From positions 106,516,001 to 106,580,000 of the forward strand of contig OX597820.1 of the NCBI GenBank assembly GCA_951406725.2: 64,000 bases of DNA, read 5' to 3'. Position 1 is the first letter of the stretch, and each line of letters opens with the position of its first letter. Origin of the DNA: Octopus vulgaris. Lineage: Eukaryota. Under the pieces are notes generated by a model. That model saw only the letters and a program-made list of their open reading frames with translations. It did not search any database and was not told the DNA's origin. The position numbers and the translations under genes are program-made. This document shows, piece after piece, positions 1 to 12,852 of the stretch.

Positions 1-2046
1 TCCTATCTTGAATTCCTCCGTTATTGCCTGGAGGACTATGATAAATAGAAGGGGGCTGAGGACTGAACCTTGGTGGACCCCTACCTCTACCCGGAATTCT
101 TCAGTGTACTCATTGCCAACCCTCACCTTACTTACAGCATCCCTGTACATGGCTTGCACAGCTCTCACTAACCATTCATCTATCCCTAGTTTCTTCATTG
201 ACCACCAGATAAGGGATCGGGGGGACCCTGTCAAAGGCTTTCTCCATGTCAACGAAAGCCAGGTACAGGGGCTTATCTTTGGCTAGGTATTTCTCCTGCA
301 GCTGTCTTACCAGAAATATAGCATCAGTGGTACTTTTCCCTGGCACGAAACCAAACTGCATTTCATCCAAACTAACTCTCTCTCTAATTAGTTGGGCTAT
401 GACCCTCTCCGTAATCTTCATTACCTGATCCAACAGCTTGATACCTCTGTAATTATTTATATCTAGGGCGTCACCTTTACCTTTGTAGCAGTTGACTAGT
501 ATGCTGCTACACCAGTCATTGGGTATGACTCCTTCGTGTATCACCTGGTTAACTATACGGGTGACTAGGCTATAGCCGACACCACCAGATATTTTGAGCA
601 TCTCTGCAGTAATTCCTGATGGGCCTGGGGCTTTCCCTGTCTTCATGCTTCTAATTGCCTTAACTACCAAGATACTGTCAACTCGGATAGCTGGTCCCTC
701 TATTGGGTCGACATTCAGCAGACTCTCTATCTCCCATTCATTTTCTTTATTCAGCAACCTTTCATAATGGCGTCTCCGAACCTCTCACTTTGCAACTCCA
801 TTTAGTGCAAGAGAACTATCATCCATGCTGACACATTTCTCTCCTACAACATCTCGATTCTCTCTCACACACTGTCTTGCAGCACGAAATACTTCAAGTC
901 TTTGATCCTCACGGCGCAGAACATTGGCAAATTTTTTCGTATTTGCTTCCCCTCTGGCTAAGTAAACCTGTCTCCTAGCTTCTCTTCTGGCAGGCTGATA
1001 CAATTCCCTGCTACCACCGTTCTTGCAGTCCTTCCAAGCCTGTCTCTTTTCTCTAATAGCCCTGTCTACAACATTGTTCCACCACCATCGAGAGGGGACT
1101 TTGCACCATCCACAGTGGTCAGTGGCTCTCAGCAGCTTGTCCCGTAGAAACCTCCAGTTGTCTTCTACACTATGTGAAGCTATATCCTCTTCTATTTCGT
1201 TAAAGGCTTCGAGTAATATGTCTCTAAATCTCTGTCCATTCGCAAAATCTTTAAGCTTCCAGACCCTTCTTTTCCATGTTAGTCATCTTCTGGGCGTCCA
1301 CTTAGATCCTAAAGTCACTAACTACCAGTCTATGTTGTGGGGTACAGTCTTCGCTTGGGAAGGTTTTGGCATTTATAAGCAGCTATCTTTCCCTTTTTCT
1401 GACGAGAATGTAGTCAATTTGGCTAGTATGTCTAGGTGACTAGGTGACTGATAGGTTTCCAGAAGTTAGTATTGCAAACCATAAGATCACTTGCATCGCA
1501 GAACTCCAGCAGCCTGGTTCCCTCCTCGTTGCGGGAACCATAGCCGTAGCCTCCATGTACGCCATGGAAGCCCCCTGTATGTTGTCCAACATGTCCATTG
1601 AAGTCACCAGCCACAGAAGAAGGTCCCTGTCATTCGTCTGCAGTAGGGTGTCATAGAATCGGTCTTTCTGTCCATCGAGTAGCTCCGATATAATGGTGAA
1701 GCACTAATCTAATCTTAAGTATTCTGTCGCATACTCTGACTACCTCAATTACCTTATCTACCCATTTTTCAGCAAGAAGTATACCAACGCCCCCGACCCC
1801 ATCAGTGTTCCCCACCCAGAAAATCTTGTACCTGCGTTCTTTGCCTGTGAGGAACCTAGCAGAACCTCCTCTCCACTTTACTTCTTGGATGCAACATATA
1901 TCAACACATCTCCGTTCAAGCATCTCAACAATCTCACTAGACCTACCTTTCAGTGTGCCAACATTGAGAGTGCCAACCCTAAGGGTGTGGGAGGGATGGG
2001 CCGGGATGGGCCCATGAGACCCTGGGACGGGGGACAGTGGCTTCAT
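1..2046 (-). mobile_element. RTE-clade LINE (APE endonuclease + reverse transcriptase), frameshifted; continues past the window start
   Basis: ORF pieces 1651-2046 (LRVGTLNVGTLKGR...CCIQEVKWRG), 1432-1614 (AGDFNGHVG) and 176-757 (KAPGPSGI, YKGKGD, NYRGIKLL, QFGFVPGKSTTDAIF, FVDMEKAFDRVP). These are typical EN and RT motifs, split by frameshifts and stops. Confidence 0.93.
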
Positions 2047-2857
2047 GTACCTGAAAAGAAAACTCGCATTTGGCAGAATTCATAGACAAACAATACAGTA
2101 GCCTTCAGTTCAACCTGCACACACTACCCTATCATATTTCACACTATATGATCATTACCTTACATAGGAGATAGCCCTAGATTAGGGGTGGGGATGGCAT
2201 GCAGCCTTTTGTAGAATTCATGGGAGGCAACCCAGCGTTGACAAAGGATAGGAACAATAGTTCCTCTCATTTGTCAACCCTGTGTTATATATATATATAT
2301 ATAATACACACATATATATATGTATGTATATGTGCATATTCATATCTATTATATAAAAGTCAATGTCTTTACGTGTGTTACTTATAGATTCGAAAACTAC
2401 TGCACCAATCCTAAAATGTGGGAGTTAAGGCCCCTATTGTGTGGTGGGGTGTCTTAAAGTCAACTAGAGAAGTTGAATTATTGGGAATCTTTTTAACTTG
2501 GTTCTTATATCTATTGTTCAAATTTCTTTGAAATCAGAAATATATGTATATTCACTGGGTTTGTAAAAGAGAGCAAAGCTACAGGAAACTAAAGTGGAAT
2601 GGTCACAATAAGCAGTTAGCTACCCTACCCGCAGTTTCAGTCGGCAGTAAAATGAAAAATGCCAAACCGATCTTCAAAAAGCTAAAATCATATACGTAAC
2701 CTGCGTTTGCACAGTGAATTTGAAAAATTATAACATATAATGATGGGACACGTGTTATTTGTCTTTAAATTATATGTTAAAGGTTATGGTGCAGTTACTG
2801 ATGAGAATTTCACCTGGCAAATTATTTTATTTTCTAAAGAAATTTGAAGCCTAGGTA

Positions 2858-3190
2858 TCATCATCATCATCATCATCGTTTAACGTCCGCTTTCCATGCT
2901 AGCATGGGTTGGACGGTTCAACTGGGGTCTGGCAAGCCCGAAGGCTGCACCAGGCCAGTCAGATCTGGCAGTGTTTCTACAGCTGGATGCCCTTCCTAAC
3001 GCCAACCACTCCGAGAGTGTAGTGGGTGATTTTATGTGCCACCGACACAGGTGCCAGACAAGGCTGGCAGACGGCCACGCTCGGATGGTGTTTTTTTTTG
3101 TGCCACCGACACAGGTGCCAGACGGCCACGCTCGGATGGTGTTTTCTTATGTGTCACCGACACAGGTGCCAGACGAGGCTGGCGAAACCG
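2858..3190 (-). mobile_element. SINE-like repeat (family 1; (GAT)n tail, internal GTGCCGGTGGCAC-type repeats) nested in the Helitron
   Basis: CATCATCATCGTTTAACGTCCGCTTTCCATGCTAGCATGGGTTGGACG...CTGGATGCCCTTCCTAACGCCAACCAC recurs at 36700, inverted at 12510-12850, and in many other places. Confidence 0.8.
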
Positions 3191-3871
3191 TAAAAAATTA
3201 GCAAGGTAAAAGTTTTTATTCATTTGAGGAGGATTGCTGGAAAACCATTGTTTCCCCCATTAAAACAACTAGTTGCTCACACAGCTGCCATATAACAAAG
3301 GGACTACAGGATGACAGTCAGCCAAAACTTTCCCTATGCTGTCTCTCTTCTTTCACCTCTTAGTGGGGTTAATTATCTTCATCTTTAGTTACAGTTTCTC
3401 ATTCGAACTACATAATACATTGTCGGATTAATTCAGTAGGGTGTTTTGAGGGAGATTTGGCTGCTATTTCTACCAGGTCTACCTACCATATAGACATCTG
3501 AACTTAATTTTTATTCACATTTTAAAATTTTATAATCTTTTCCATAAATCAACTATCGTAAAAATTTTCTACCATGACCTCACATTTTCTATGTATGTGT
3601 GTTTGTGTATCTTAAAAGACGTGATTAGACAGAGGTCCAATAGAATAGTTCTCAGAAACAGACTACATACAAATTCTTTCTTCACAACTCCTGAAGCTGT
3701 TTTCTGCAAAGATATTTTCACTTGTCCAGGCATTGCTATTACAGACAAATTAACAACAATTCGACTAGAGAGATAAACACAAACCACCTCATGCTGACTG
3801 CAAAAATCCCGCCAAATTAGCCAGAAAAACACACACACATCCATTTCATATATTTTCTTTCAATTTCTGCT

Positions 3872-5148
3872 TTCTTGGATGCTCTCGGCTGAACCAGAAA
3901 AACTTTTCTCATGAACCTCCTGCTCGCCAAAATTCACCAGGAAAATCGGATTGCCATAGCGGTTGCATTGTGGCAACTCTACTGCATGGTGGTCGTACGG
4001 CACACTCAGCCTTCCAATTACCACTAGATTTGACCAAACAGGAAAATCCAACTTGTAATGTTAGTCGTGGCTCAGCCATGGGGAATCTTCTCACTGAGTG
4101 CAGCCTTATCAATTGGGATGAGGCAACCATGAGTCATAAGGTGGCTTTTGAGGCGCTTGATCGGTCTCTTCAAGACCTGAGACACAATATGAGAGTGATG
4201 GGTGGAGTGACTGTTTTGCTTGCTGGCGACTTCCAACAAACTCTACCTGTCATTCCACAGGGGACAAGAGCTGATGAGGTAAATGCTTCCATAAAATCAT
4301 CCTACTTATGGCACCACATTGAGAAACTTCACCTGACTACAAACATGAGAGTTCACGTGCATGGCAATGAAAGCACAGCCACATTCTCAGCACAGCTTCT
4401 CGACATTGGTAATGGAACTGCAGCTGGTGATACTGATGGTTTCATCCATTTACCATTTGGTAATTTTGTGCCTACTGTGGATGATTTGATGTCTTCAGTT
4501 TTTCCTGACATTGCAAACCAAAGCCTTGACACAACTTGCCTACAAGGAAGAGCAATTTTGGTGCCTCACAATAAAACAGTTGACGCTATCAATAATAAAC
4601 TTCTCGATCTGCTTCCTGGAGAAAAACTCTCCTTCAAGTCCATTGACATGCATGAAAACCTGGATGATATGACCGTTTTCAGAACAGAATTCCCTAATTC
4701 CCAAATGCCCACAGGACTTCTGCCTCACGAACTCCATCTTAAGGTTGGCATGCCCATCATGCTGCTGTGGAATTTGGATACTCCAATAATGTGTAACGGC
4801 ACACGGATGATAATCAAAAAATTATACTCCCAAGTTCTGCAGGCAACCATCTTGAATGGATCGGCTGCTGGTCAAGATGTTCTTATAGCCCCAATGTCCC
4901 TCACTCCCTCCGATACAATCTACAAGTTTAAGCGGCTTCAATTTCCTATCAAACTCTCCTTTGCAATGACAATAAATAAGGCACAGGGTCAATCATTGCA
5001 AATGGTTGGTTTAAATCTCACAGAACAAATGTTCTCCCACGGTCAACTTTACATTGGATGCTCCTGTGTTGGCAGGCCACAAAGTCTATGCATTTGTGCA
5101 TCAGAAGGGAAAACGAGAAACGTTGCCTACAATGAAGCGCTCCACTGA
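3872..5148 (+). pseudogene. Helitron RepHel PIF1-family helicase domain, decayed; Rep domain absent
   Basis: Walker A is degraded to FLDALG*TRKTF (stop at 3890-3892), followed by a frameshift near 3967. ORF 3970-5148 then has WDEATM, GDFQQTLPV, CNGTRM, QFPIKLSFAMTINKAQGQS and FSHGQLY. Confidence 0.9.
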
Positions 5149-6238
5149 AAAGACAGCATTTCTTCACATCTTTTAAATCACCCCAGTCATCTGCCACCTC
5201 AAAAGCTTCGTAGTCGCCATGCCAGCCAACGTAACTCAATGACACACACCTTCACTCACTCACTCTATCTCTTTTTCTCACCCTCTTTCTCTCTCACATA
5301 CACATGCACAAGTACGCATGCACACACACATACACACATCCATTTCACATACCTTCTTTCAATTTCTGTTCTCTGCAAATAAAATTTTTACGAATACAAC
5401 TGTTTGCAAAAATAGGGATTAATGTATAATTTCTTTCTATGTTCATAATTAAATAAATGTTTTAATAATTAGACAGAGGTCCAATACAATAGCTCTCAGA
5501 AATAGACCACGTACAAATTCTTTCTTCACAACTCCTAAAGCTGTTTTCTGACGGGGGGGGGGGGGAATTTTCATACAGCTGGAGGCTCCAATCGAAACGG
5601 GATCCGAACATTTTCTTTATTCACATTGATAGCTGTGTTGATGTTTTCATAAGTGTTGTAAATGTATTGATAATCTACATGTTATTTTATTTTTAAATCT
5701 ACATGCAAATTTATTTGCATGTCTACCATAAAACTAAATGTCAGTCTGTTTCTACATTCATTGTAAATCTATTTCAACCACTTGCACCCCTATTTTAACA
5801 CTCTGGGAATGCACAAGAGCCCTTTTAAGAGTTATTTACTTTGAATTGTTATCATCTCATATCTAATTAGCCTGTTATTACGTAACATGCTTCATGATTT
5901 TAGTATACATACTTTATTAGTATTTCCTCCTAAGTTCTATATACTCTGGGAATGCATTAAAGCCCTTTCCCGGGGCTACTTTATCTCAATTTTTACTATC
6001 AGGTAACTAATTTCATATTATTATGTAACTAACTTCACAATTTAGGTATTCATAACTTACTGGGATTTCCTAATAACATCCTGTGTAAGACAGTTCAGTA
6101 TTCTCAATAAATGCACAAAAAAACTGTTTTAAGGCCTACATACATTGTATTGTTGTTATTGGATTAGCAGAACAATTATGAGAATGGAACCAAGGGATAA
6201 GCCCTGCTTTTCAAGGAATTACCGGGTACGTCAGCTAG

Positions 6239-6269
<31 letters not shown>

Positions 6270-6274
6270 CTTTT

Positions 6275-6630
6275 ATCTTATGCTTGTTTCAGTCATTTGA
6301 CTGCAGCTGTACTTGAAGGGTTTTAGTTGAACAAATCAACCCCAGGATTTATTTTCTTTTTTAAGCCTAGTACTTATTTTATCAGTCCCTTTTGCCAAAC
6401 CACTAAGTTACAGGGACATAGACACACCAACAGAAATACAAAGACACACACACACAGATATATACATATATACATGACAGGCTTCTTTCAATTACCATCA
6501 ACCAAATCTGCTCACAAGTTTTTGGTCAGCTCAAGGCTATAGGAGACACTTACCCAAGGTGCCATGCAGTGGGACTGAACCCAGAACCATGTGGTTGGAA
6601 AGAAAACTTCTTATCACACAACCATGTCAG
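6275..6630 (-). mobile_element. tRNA-derived SINE (family 2, Octopus OK/OR-like)
   Basis: Matches the copy at 43900-44350 (TTGTTTCAGTCATTTGACTGCAGC...CCAAGGTGCC..CAGTGGGACTGAACCC). The minus strand gives a B-box-like GGTTCAGTCCC. Confidence 0.75.
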
Positions 6631-8808
6631 CAATTTCAGTTTCTATATGTATATACATAAAAATTTATGTACATGTATGTGTCTGGTTGTGTTTCCTTGT
6701 TTTGACATCCTTATAATTGTTTTTGAGTGTTACTGCCATACAAGCAATGTCATCCATTTCTATTATTCCACAAGAACATGTCAAGCCATAGGGAAATACT
6801 ACCTTGCTTAGAAATAGATGAGGTTTGGTGACAGGTAGGGCATCTGGCTGCAGAAAATCTAACTCCATTTGACTCATGCAAGCAGGAAAAAGAGGATGTT
6901 AAATGATGATAACGAGCATAATAATGAGCAAGCCATAAAATCAATAACTAAATAAGACACTAATGTTCATCTGTAAAGATTTGTCTACTGAGGAAATGGT
7001 TGACAAAACAGTGAAGCAGGAAAACATCTGAGACAATGAAATAGCATTAAATTAAAACCGTCATCTGTAGATCATATTAAATGTATACAACTCATTTGAA
7101 GGCTTGATGCTGTGGAATTCTCTAAGATGAAATCTCTTCACAGACTTGTGTCAAAAACACGACAGATTGGAGCAAAATGAACATAGTTGCTGCAATGACA
7201 AATGTGAATGGTAGACATGATTCACCTTTCTTGAGACTTGTCAATGCTAAGCACCCACTTGTTCTCTACATAATGAAATCCATGTTTTGAAACATTCACT
7301 GGTATTGCAGAAGTTTGCTGGATTGTTGAAAACCTCAGTGTATGCAACTAAAACAACATAAATTAAAATTGCCATTTGTGTATCATACTAAATGTATATA
7401 CACCATTAAAGGGCTTCATGTTGTGGAATTGTCAGATAAAATCCTCTCACAGATTTACTGAGTTGAAAACAGACTTGTATTAGTGTGTCCACATTTAGTA
7501 GAATACACAAATAGCGACATTAATTGAAATAAAAACAAAAAGAGTAAATAAAGCTGTTTACTCTCCATATGCATTCAAGTCAAACAAAACTGCAACCTCA
7601 TTCGTTCTTAATTTCAGTTATTTTCATTAACAACTTCAAAAAGCAAAAAAGAATAAAATAGACAATTTATAAACAAACATAAATTAAACTCTAATTTGTT
7701 TTATTGTTTTTGGTGTTTTTTTTTTGTTTTAATTTTATTACATGAAAGAAGGAAAACAGATGGAGAGGAACAAAGGAAACAAGGGGAAAAAAATAATGGA
7801 AAAGACGAAAGACATGCTATCATTTCTATAAAAAAATTATTTTTTTAAAAAATTCAACAGAAATTGTTCCTTTTAGATTTGAAAGCTTCTAATAAGGAAC
7901 GACAGTTTCTATTAAAGCAATAGCGTTTTTACCTTAGAATATACATTCTGTCTTGAGTCTTCTCAAATCAAACCAATAGCAGAAAAACTGCCAGTGTTGT
8001 TTTTTGTTTGTTTTTTTTTTCAAGATAATGGTTCCGGATGAAATGATCATCTATGTAGAGCACTGAGTCAAGTAATTTTGTGTGAAAAATGTGTTCAAAT
8101 GCCCACATACATGGCACACTTACATACACACATTCATTAATATACTCAATCACATACACATACCACCACACACCACTGTATGAATTAAGGCAGGACTACA
8201 GCTTGATATGTATTCACAGTGATACCGTAAACTTTTTAATGCTTTTTTTTTTTTTTCCATTTTACCAACTTAAGGAATTAAGGTAGCTCACAGCCAAGGT
8301 AACCTTCAAAAGAAAATTACTTTCTTAGAAATTCTAATTCGAGCACCACACCAAACAAACCTTGCTGTTAAGAGCCCAAAAAGAGGGCTTCTATATGGAC
8401 ATTTGAACGGCTCAAAATAACAGCTAGCTCTCCCTTGACAAACTATCTACCGTCTGTAAAATGAGGAATCACTTTTGTGAACTTTTAAATCTAAGAATAA
8501 CATTCCCCATAAATAAGACAGGACGGCCATAGCTGGAGTACTGATTGAAATCATTCATTCATCAGCTGCTTCTATATCATAGATCTATCCAAACAACTGA
8601 CTGGGACTCCTCAACAATGAACTTGGCTTTCATCAATGGCATTTACATTTCCACATGTATATAGTGCAGTATGTATGTGTGTGTGAAAAGGATTTTAAAT
8701 AATGTCTTTCAATTACACAAACAACTGCCTAGAATTCACTATGAATATAATACCTATTACATATACACACACATACACATATATAGTTACACACATCGAT
8801 AAATACAG

Positions 8809-8841
<33 letters not shown>

Positions 8842-8973
8842 AGTTGTTCATAAATTATCTTTACAACTTCTATAATTTATTGTAGCAAAGTTGAGATCCA
8901 TTGATGCTTTGCATACAACCAATGGATCCTGCAAGGAAGTGTTCTGTTGTTTCTAATAAAATTCTGTTTGGAG

Positions 8974-9223
8974 TAACATGGCAATCCTGGTTTAGGACAT
9001 ATGTTGCTGTAATTTAGCCCCAGGAGACAATTATTCTGTGTTGATGAAGGGAAATAATCCAGAGATCATGATACACACATATTGTTTTGAACTGAGTGGG
9101 GGTGCAAGATTCCCTTGTTCGAAAAATATAAGGACACAGATCGTGTCGTATAGCCAGCTAGGGATGATGTCTCCTGGGGCTAAATTACAGCAACATTTTA
9201 CCTAAACCAGGACTGCCATGTTA
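8974..9223. repeat. Inverted-repeat element with ~55-bp arms
   Basis: TAACATGGCAATCCTGGTTTAGG...TTAGCCCCAGGAGACA (8974-9029) is the reverse complement of 9168-9223 with few mismatches. Confidence 0.8.
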
Positions 9224-9952
9224 TGTTGGCAAACAATCTTTACTCCAAAGTACAGTTTCTGAATATCTCTCATTGCTAGATTTTAAAATAGTAATTTTCT
9301 AAAATTCTATTCGTTTACTTATGTTTTCCAAAATTTGCTGAATTATTCTGATTTTTCACTTGTTTTTTCAATTTTTTCAAATTGTAATGGATAATTTAGG
9401 AACACACTGTGTGTGTACACACATACATTCACACACACACACATCTTAATATTTTGCTTAGGCATAGCGAGACTTTATATATATTACTCACATACACACA
9501 TGTATATGCAATGGGTTTCTTTCAGTTTCCTTCAACCAAATCCACTCACAAGGCATTGCTCAGCCCGGGGCCACAGTAGAAGACACTTGCCCAAGGTGTC
9601 ACACAGTAGGACTGAACTCAAGACAATATGGTTAGGAAGCAAGCTTCTCAACCACACAGCCATGCTTGTGTCTACACACACAGAAAATGTTTATTTGTAT
9701 ACATTATTAATGAATCTCATAAGCTAAACTATTAACCATGTATAAGGTTTTCAAAACAAGGTACAAAATAAAACATTATAAAAAAAACACCTTAAAAAAA
9801 CTGAGAAAAATATAGAAAAAATAATAAGTTTTGCACATGGCCTAAATGCCAACATATGACAACCGATGGTAGAATTAGTACAATCAAAGCTGTTGTAGGT
9901 GTTATTATTATCATTATTATCACACTATTCTATATTTTTGAGATGAGGAATT

Positions 9953-10261
9953 ATGTACATTATTTACAATGGACAGACAGGTGTCCTCATCTTGTTTGTT
10001 GTTACTACAACATTTCAGCTGATGTACTCTCCGGCCCTCATCAGGTGTTCTGGTGGGATTTTGAACCCAACCCTTTATTTGACTAATAAAAAATTAAAAA
10101 AAGAATACCTTAGGAATGAGAACAGAGTACCCCATTGGTCAAATAAAGGGTTGGGTTTGAAATTCCACCAGAACACCTGATGAAGGGTGAAGAGTGCATC
10201 AGCCAAAACTTGGTAACAACAAAGTGAGGACACCTATCTGTCCATTGTAAATAATGTACAT
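9953..10261. mobile_element. Palindromic Penelope-like (inverted pLTR) element with a hammerhead core in each arm
   Basis: Arms 9953-10087 and 10134-10261 are reverse complements. Each has ACAC-CTGATGA-R-stem-(G/A)AAA on the outward-reading strand. Confidence 0.7.
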
Positions 10262-10339
10262 TATAATCATCGTCATTATTATTATTATTGTCGTCATCAT
10301 CATCATTATTATTATTAACATTACTATAGTTGTTGTTAT

Positions 10340-11790
10340 TAAGGCAATATGCTAGCAGAATTGCTAGCACACTGGACAAAATGCTTAGTGGCATTTTGTT
10401 CATCTTTACATTCTGAGTTCAAACTCTGCGGGTGTCAACTTTACCTTTCACCCTTTAGGGGTTGATGAAATAAGAAAAGTTGAGTTCAGGGGATCTATAA
10501 TTGAGTAGCCATCCGCCCCCAAAATTTCAGGCCTTATGCCTATAGTTGAAAGGATTCCTACTATTATTATCATCTTGTTATCTTCAGATGATTGAAGAAA
10601 ATCATTTTCAAAGTGTACAATAATACTGTTACAAATATGCACACACACATGCACCAACATACAGATATATATATCTTTTACACACACACACACACATTAT
10701 TTTCTCATGCTATCTAGAAGACCTCTACCAGGAGATAAGCACCTATAAGTTTGTGTATGCATATGTATGCATGTACACACATGCTCACACACACACAAGT
10801 ATTAATAAATTATAACTAATTTAGATATTGGCAAAAGTAAACAACAACAAAAAAAAAACAAAGAAAATTATTTCAAATTTCTTAAGACCTAACAAAATCT
10901 TAGGTGGTGATGATACATCAATAATGATAATAACTCCTATTTTAGTATAGAGCCAGCAATTCTGAAGGAAGGCAGAAGTTAATTACATCAACTCCAGTGC
11001 TCAACTGGTATAGTTTATATCAACTCTGAAAGGATGAAAGGTGAAATTCACCTTGGTGACATCTAACACAGAATTAAAGCGCTGGAATAAATGTCACTAA
11101 GCATTTCATCTGATGTGCTGGCTTGCCACCTTGACGACAACAATGACAATAACAATGGTTTCAAATTTTTAGCAGTAAGCTAAAATTTGAGAGGAGGGGC
11201 AGTTGACAAGATCAACATCAGCACTCAACTGGTACTTTATTATCAACCCTGAAAGGGATGAAAGACAATGCTGACCTCAGTGGAATTTGAACTCAGAACA
11301 AAAAGGAGCAGAAGAACTACTGCAGAGTTTTCTATCTTATTCTGCAAAGCTAATAATGATAATGGTTTCAAATTTTGCCACAAGGGCAGCAATTTTGATG
11401 GGAGAGGATCAGCTTTGATCCTAGGGTTCAACTAGTAGTTAATTTATCAATCCCAAAAGGATGAAAGGCAACGTCAACCTCAGCAGAATATGAACATAGC
11501 GACGGGTGAAATACTGCTAAGCATTTTGTCCAGCATGCAAACCACCTTAATAATAATAATCTTGTCTACTAAAGGCACAAGGCCTGAATTTTTTTGGGGG
11601 GGAGGGGGGGGGGCTAGTCAATTATGTCAACCCCTGTGTTCAACTGGTACTTATTTTATCTACCCCAAAAGGATGAAAGACAAAGTTGACTTAGGTGAAT
11701 TTGAACTCAGAATGTAAGGATGAACAAAATAGTGCTAAGCATTTTGCTCACCATCCTCGCAGTTCTGCCAGGTCACTACCTTAATCATTT
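10340..11790. mobile_element. Cluster of family-3 tRNA-derived SINEs with (AAT)n-type spacers
   Basis: Repeated GCTGGCAGAA / GAGTTCAAA / GCCTTTCATCC / AGTACCAGTTGAG-like blocks: one + copy (10340-10570) and several - copies (10940-11790). Confidence 0.7.
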
Positions 11791-12026
11791 TTTTACATTG
11801 GCACAGATCTACAATGGTTGGATTAGTGAGTGTATGGTGGAGAGATCATAGCAGATTAAAACAACACCAGAAGGGAAAAAAACAAAAAAAACAGCAGCTT
11901 GACCTGGCAGGATTTCAACTCCCAAGAAGTCAAATGCTGCATCCATAGAGAACAGGGTATTTTATCTTATCAATCTATTACTATTTTTTCCTTCTGTCCT
12001 ACCACTTTAACAACAATAACAACAAC

Positions 12027-12068
<42 letters not shown>

Positions 12069-12466
12069 CAACAACAGTCAAATAACTAAAATGAAGATTG
12101 CAATTTTTTTAATAGCAACATAACCTTCAAAATAATAGAAAAATTATACCAAAAATAAAGACATGTCACTAGAAAAATATAGTACCATTTCTAAACACCT
12201 TTATCTAACCCTGCAGTTAATTGCTCATGAGAAATTCATATGTATGTGTATATGCATACATCTACATGTAAACACACATATTCATAAACATACACACACA
12301 CACATATACATACATACATATATATACATACACACAAACATAAATACATATATATGGATACATATGTATATATATAGATATACATATATATATATATATA
12401 CACGCATATGTATATATATACATATACATATATACATATATACATACATATATATATATATACACA

Positions 12467-12503
<37 letters not shown>

Positions 12504-12509
12504 ATCAAA

Positions 12510-12850
12510 ATCGTAATCGATCAACATCAATGGAATTTGTAGCTGTGATACCAGTGCCGGTGGCATGTAAGAGAACCATCCGAACGTGGCTGTAGCCAGC
12601 TCTGCCTTGACTGGCCTCCGTGCCGGTGGCACATAAAAAGCACCATCCGATCGTGGCCGTTGCCAGCCTCGTCTGGTCTCCGTGCCGGTGGCACGTAAAA
12701 GGCACCATCTGATTGTGGCCGTTTGCTAACCTTGTCTGGCACCTGTGCCGGTGGCACATAAAAAGCACCCACTACACTCACGGAGTGGTTGGCGTTAGGA
12801 AGGGCATCCAGCTGTAAAAACACTACCAGATCAGACTGGGCTTGGTGCAG
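12510..12850 (+). mobile_element. Family-1 SINE-like repeat with four internal ~58-bp units
   Basis: GTGCCGGTGGCA units near 12553, 12620, 12682 and 12745, followed by GAGTGGTTGGCGTTAGGAAGGGCATCCAGCTGTA. Confidence 0.8.
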
Positions 12851-12852
12851 AT

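Larger units (their letters stand above)
2345..6238 (+). mobile_element. Non-autonomous Helitron, about 3.9 kb
   Basis: 5' end A|TCTATTATATAAAAG at 2344/2345 and 3' end ...CCGGGTACGTCAGCTAG|T at 6238/6239, i.e. an AT target with no TSD in TA-rich sequence. Contains a PIF1-like helicase remnant. The subterminal hairpin is weak. Confidence 0.75.

Noticed and set aside
3970-5148. A functional host PIF1 helicase gene
   Set aside because: Intronless, inside Helitron termini, with a stop in Walker A, a frameshift before the ORF and conserved arginines lost.
12550-12775. CRISPR-like repeat/spacer pattern
   Set aside because: Eukaryotic context, the spacers resemble each other, there are no cas genes, and it is part of a dispersed SINE-like family.
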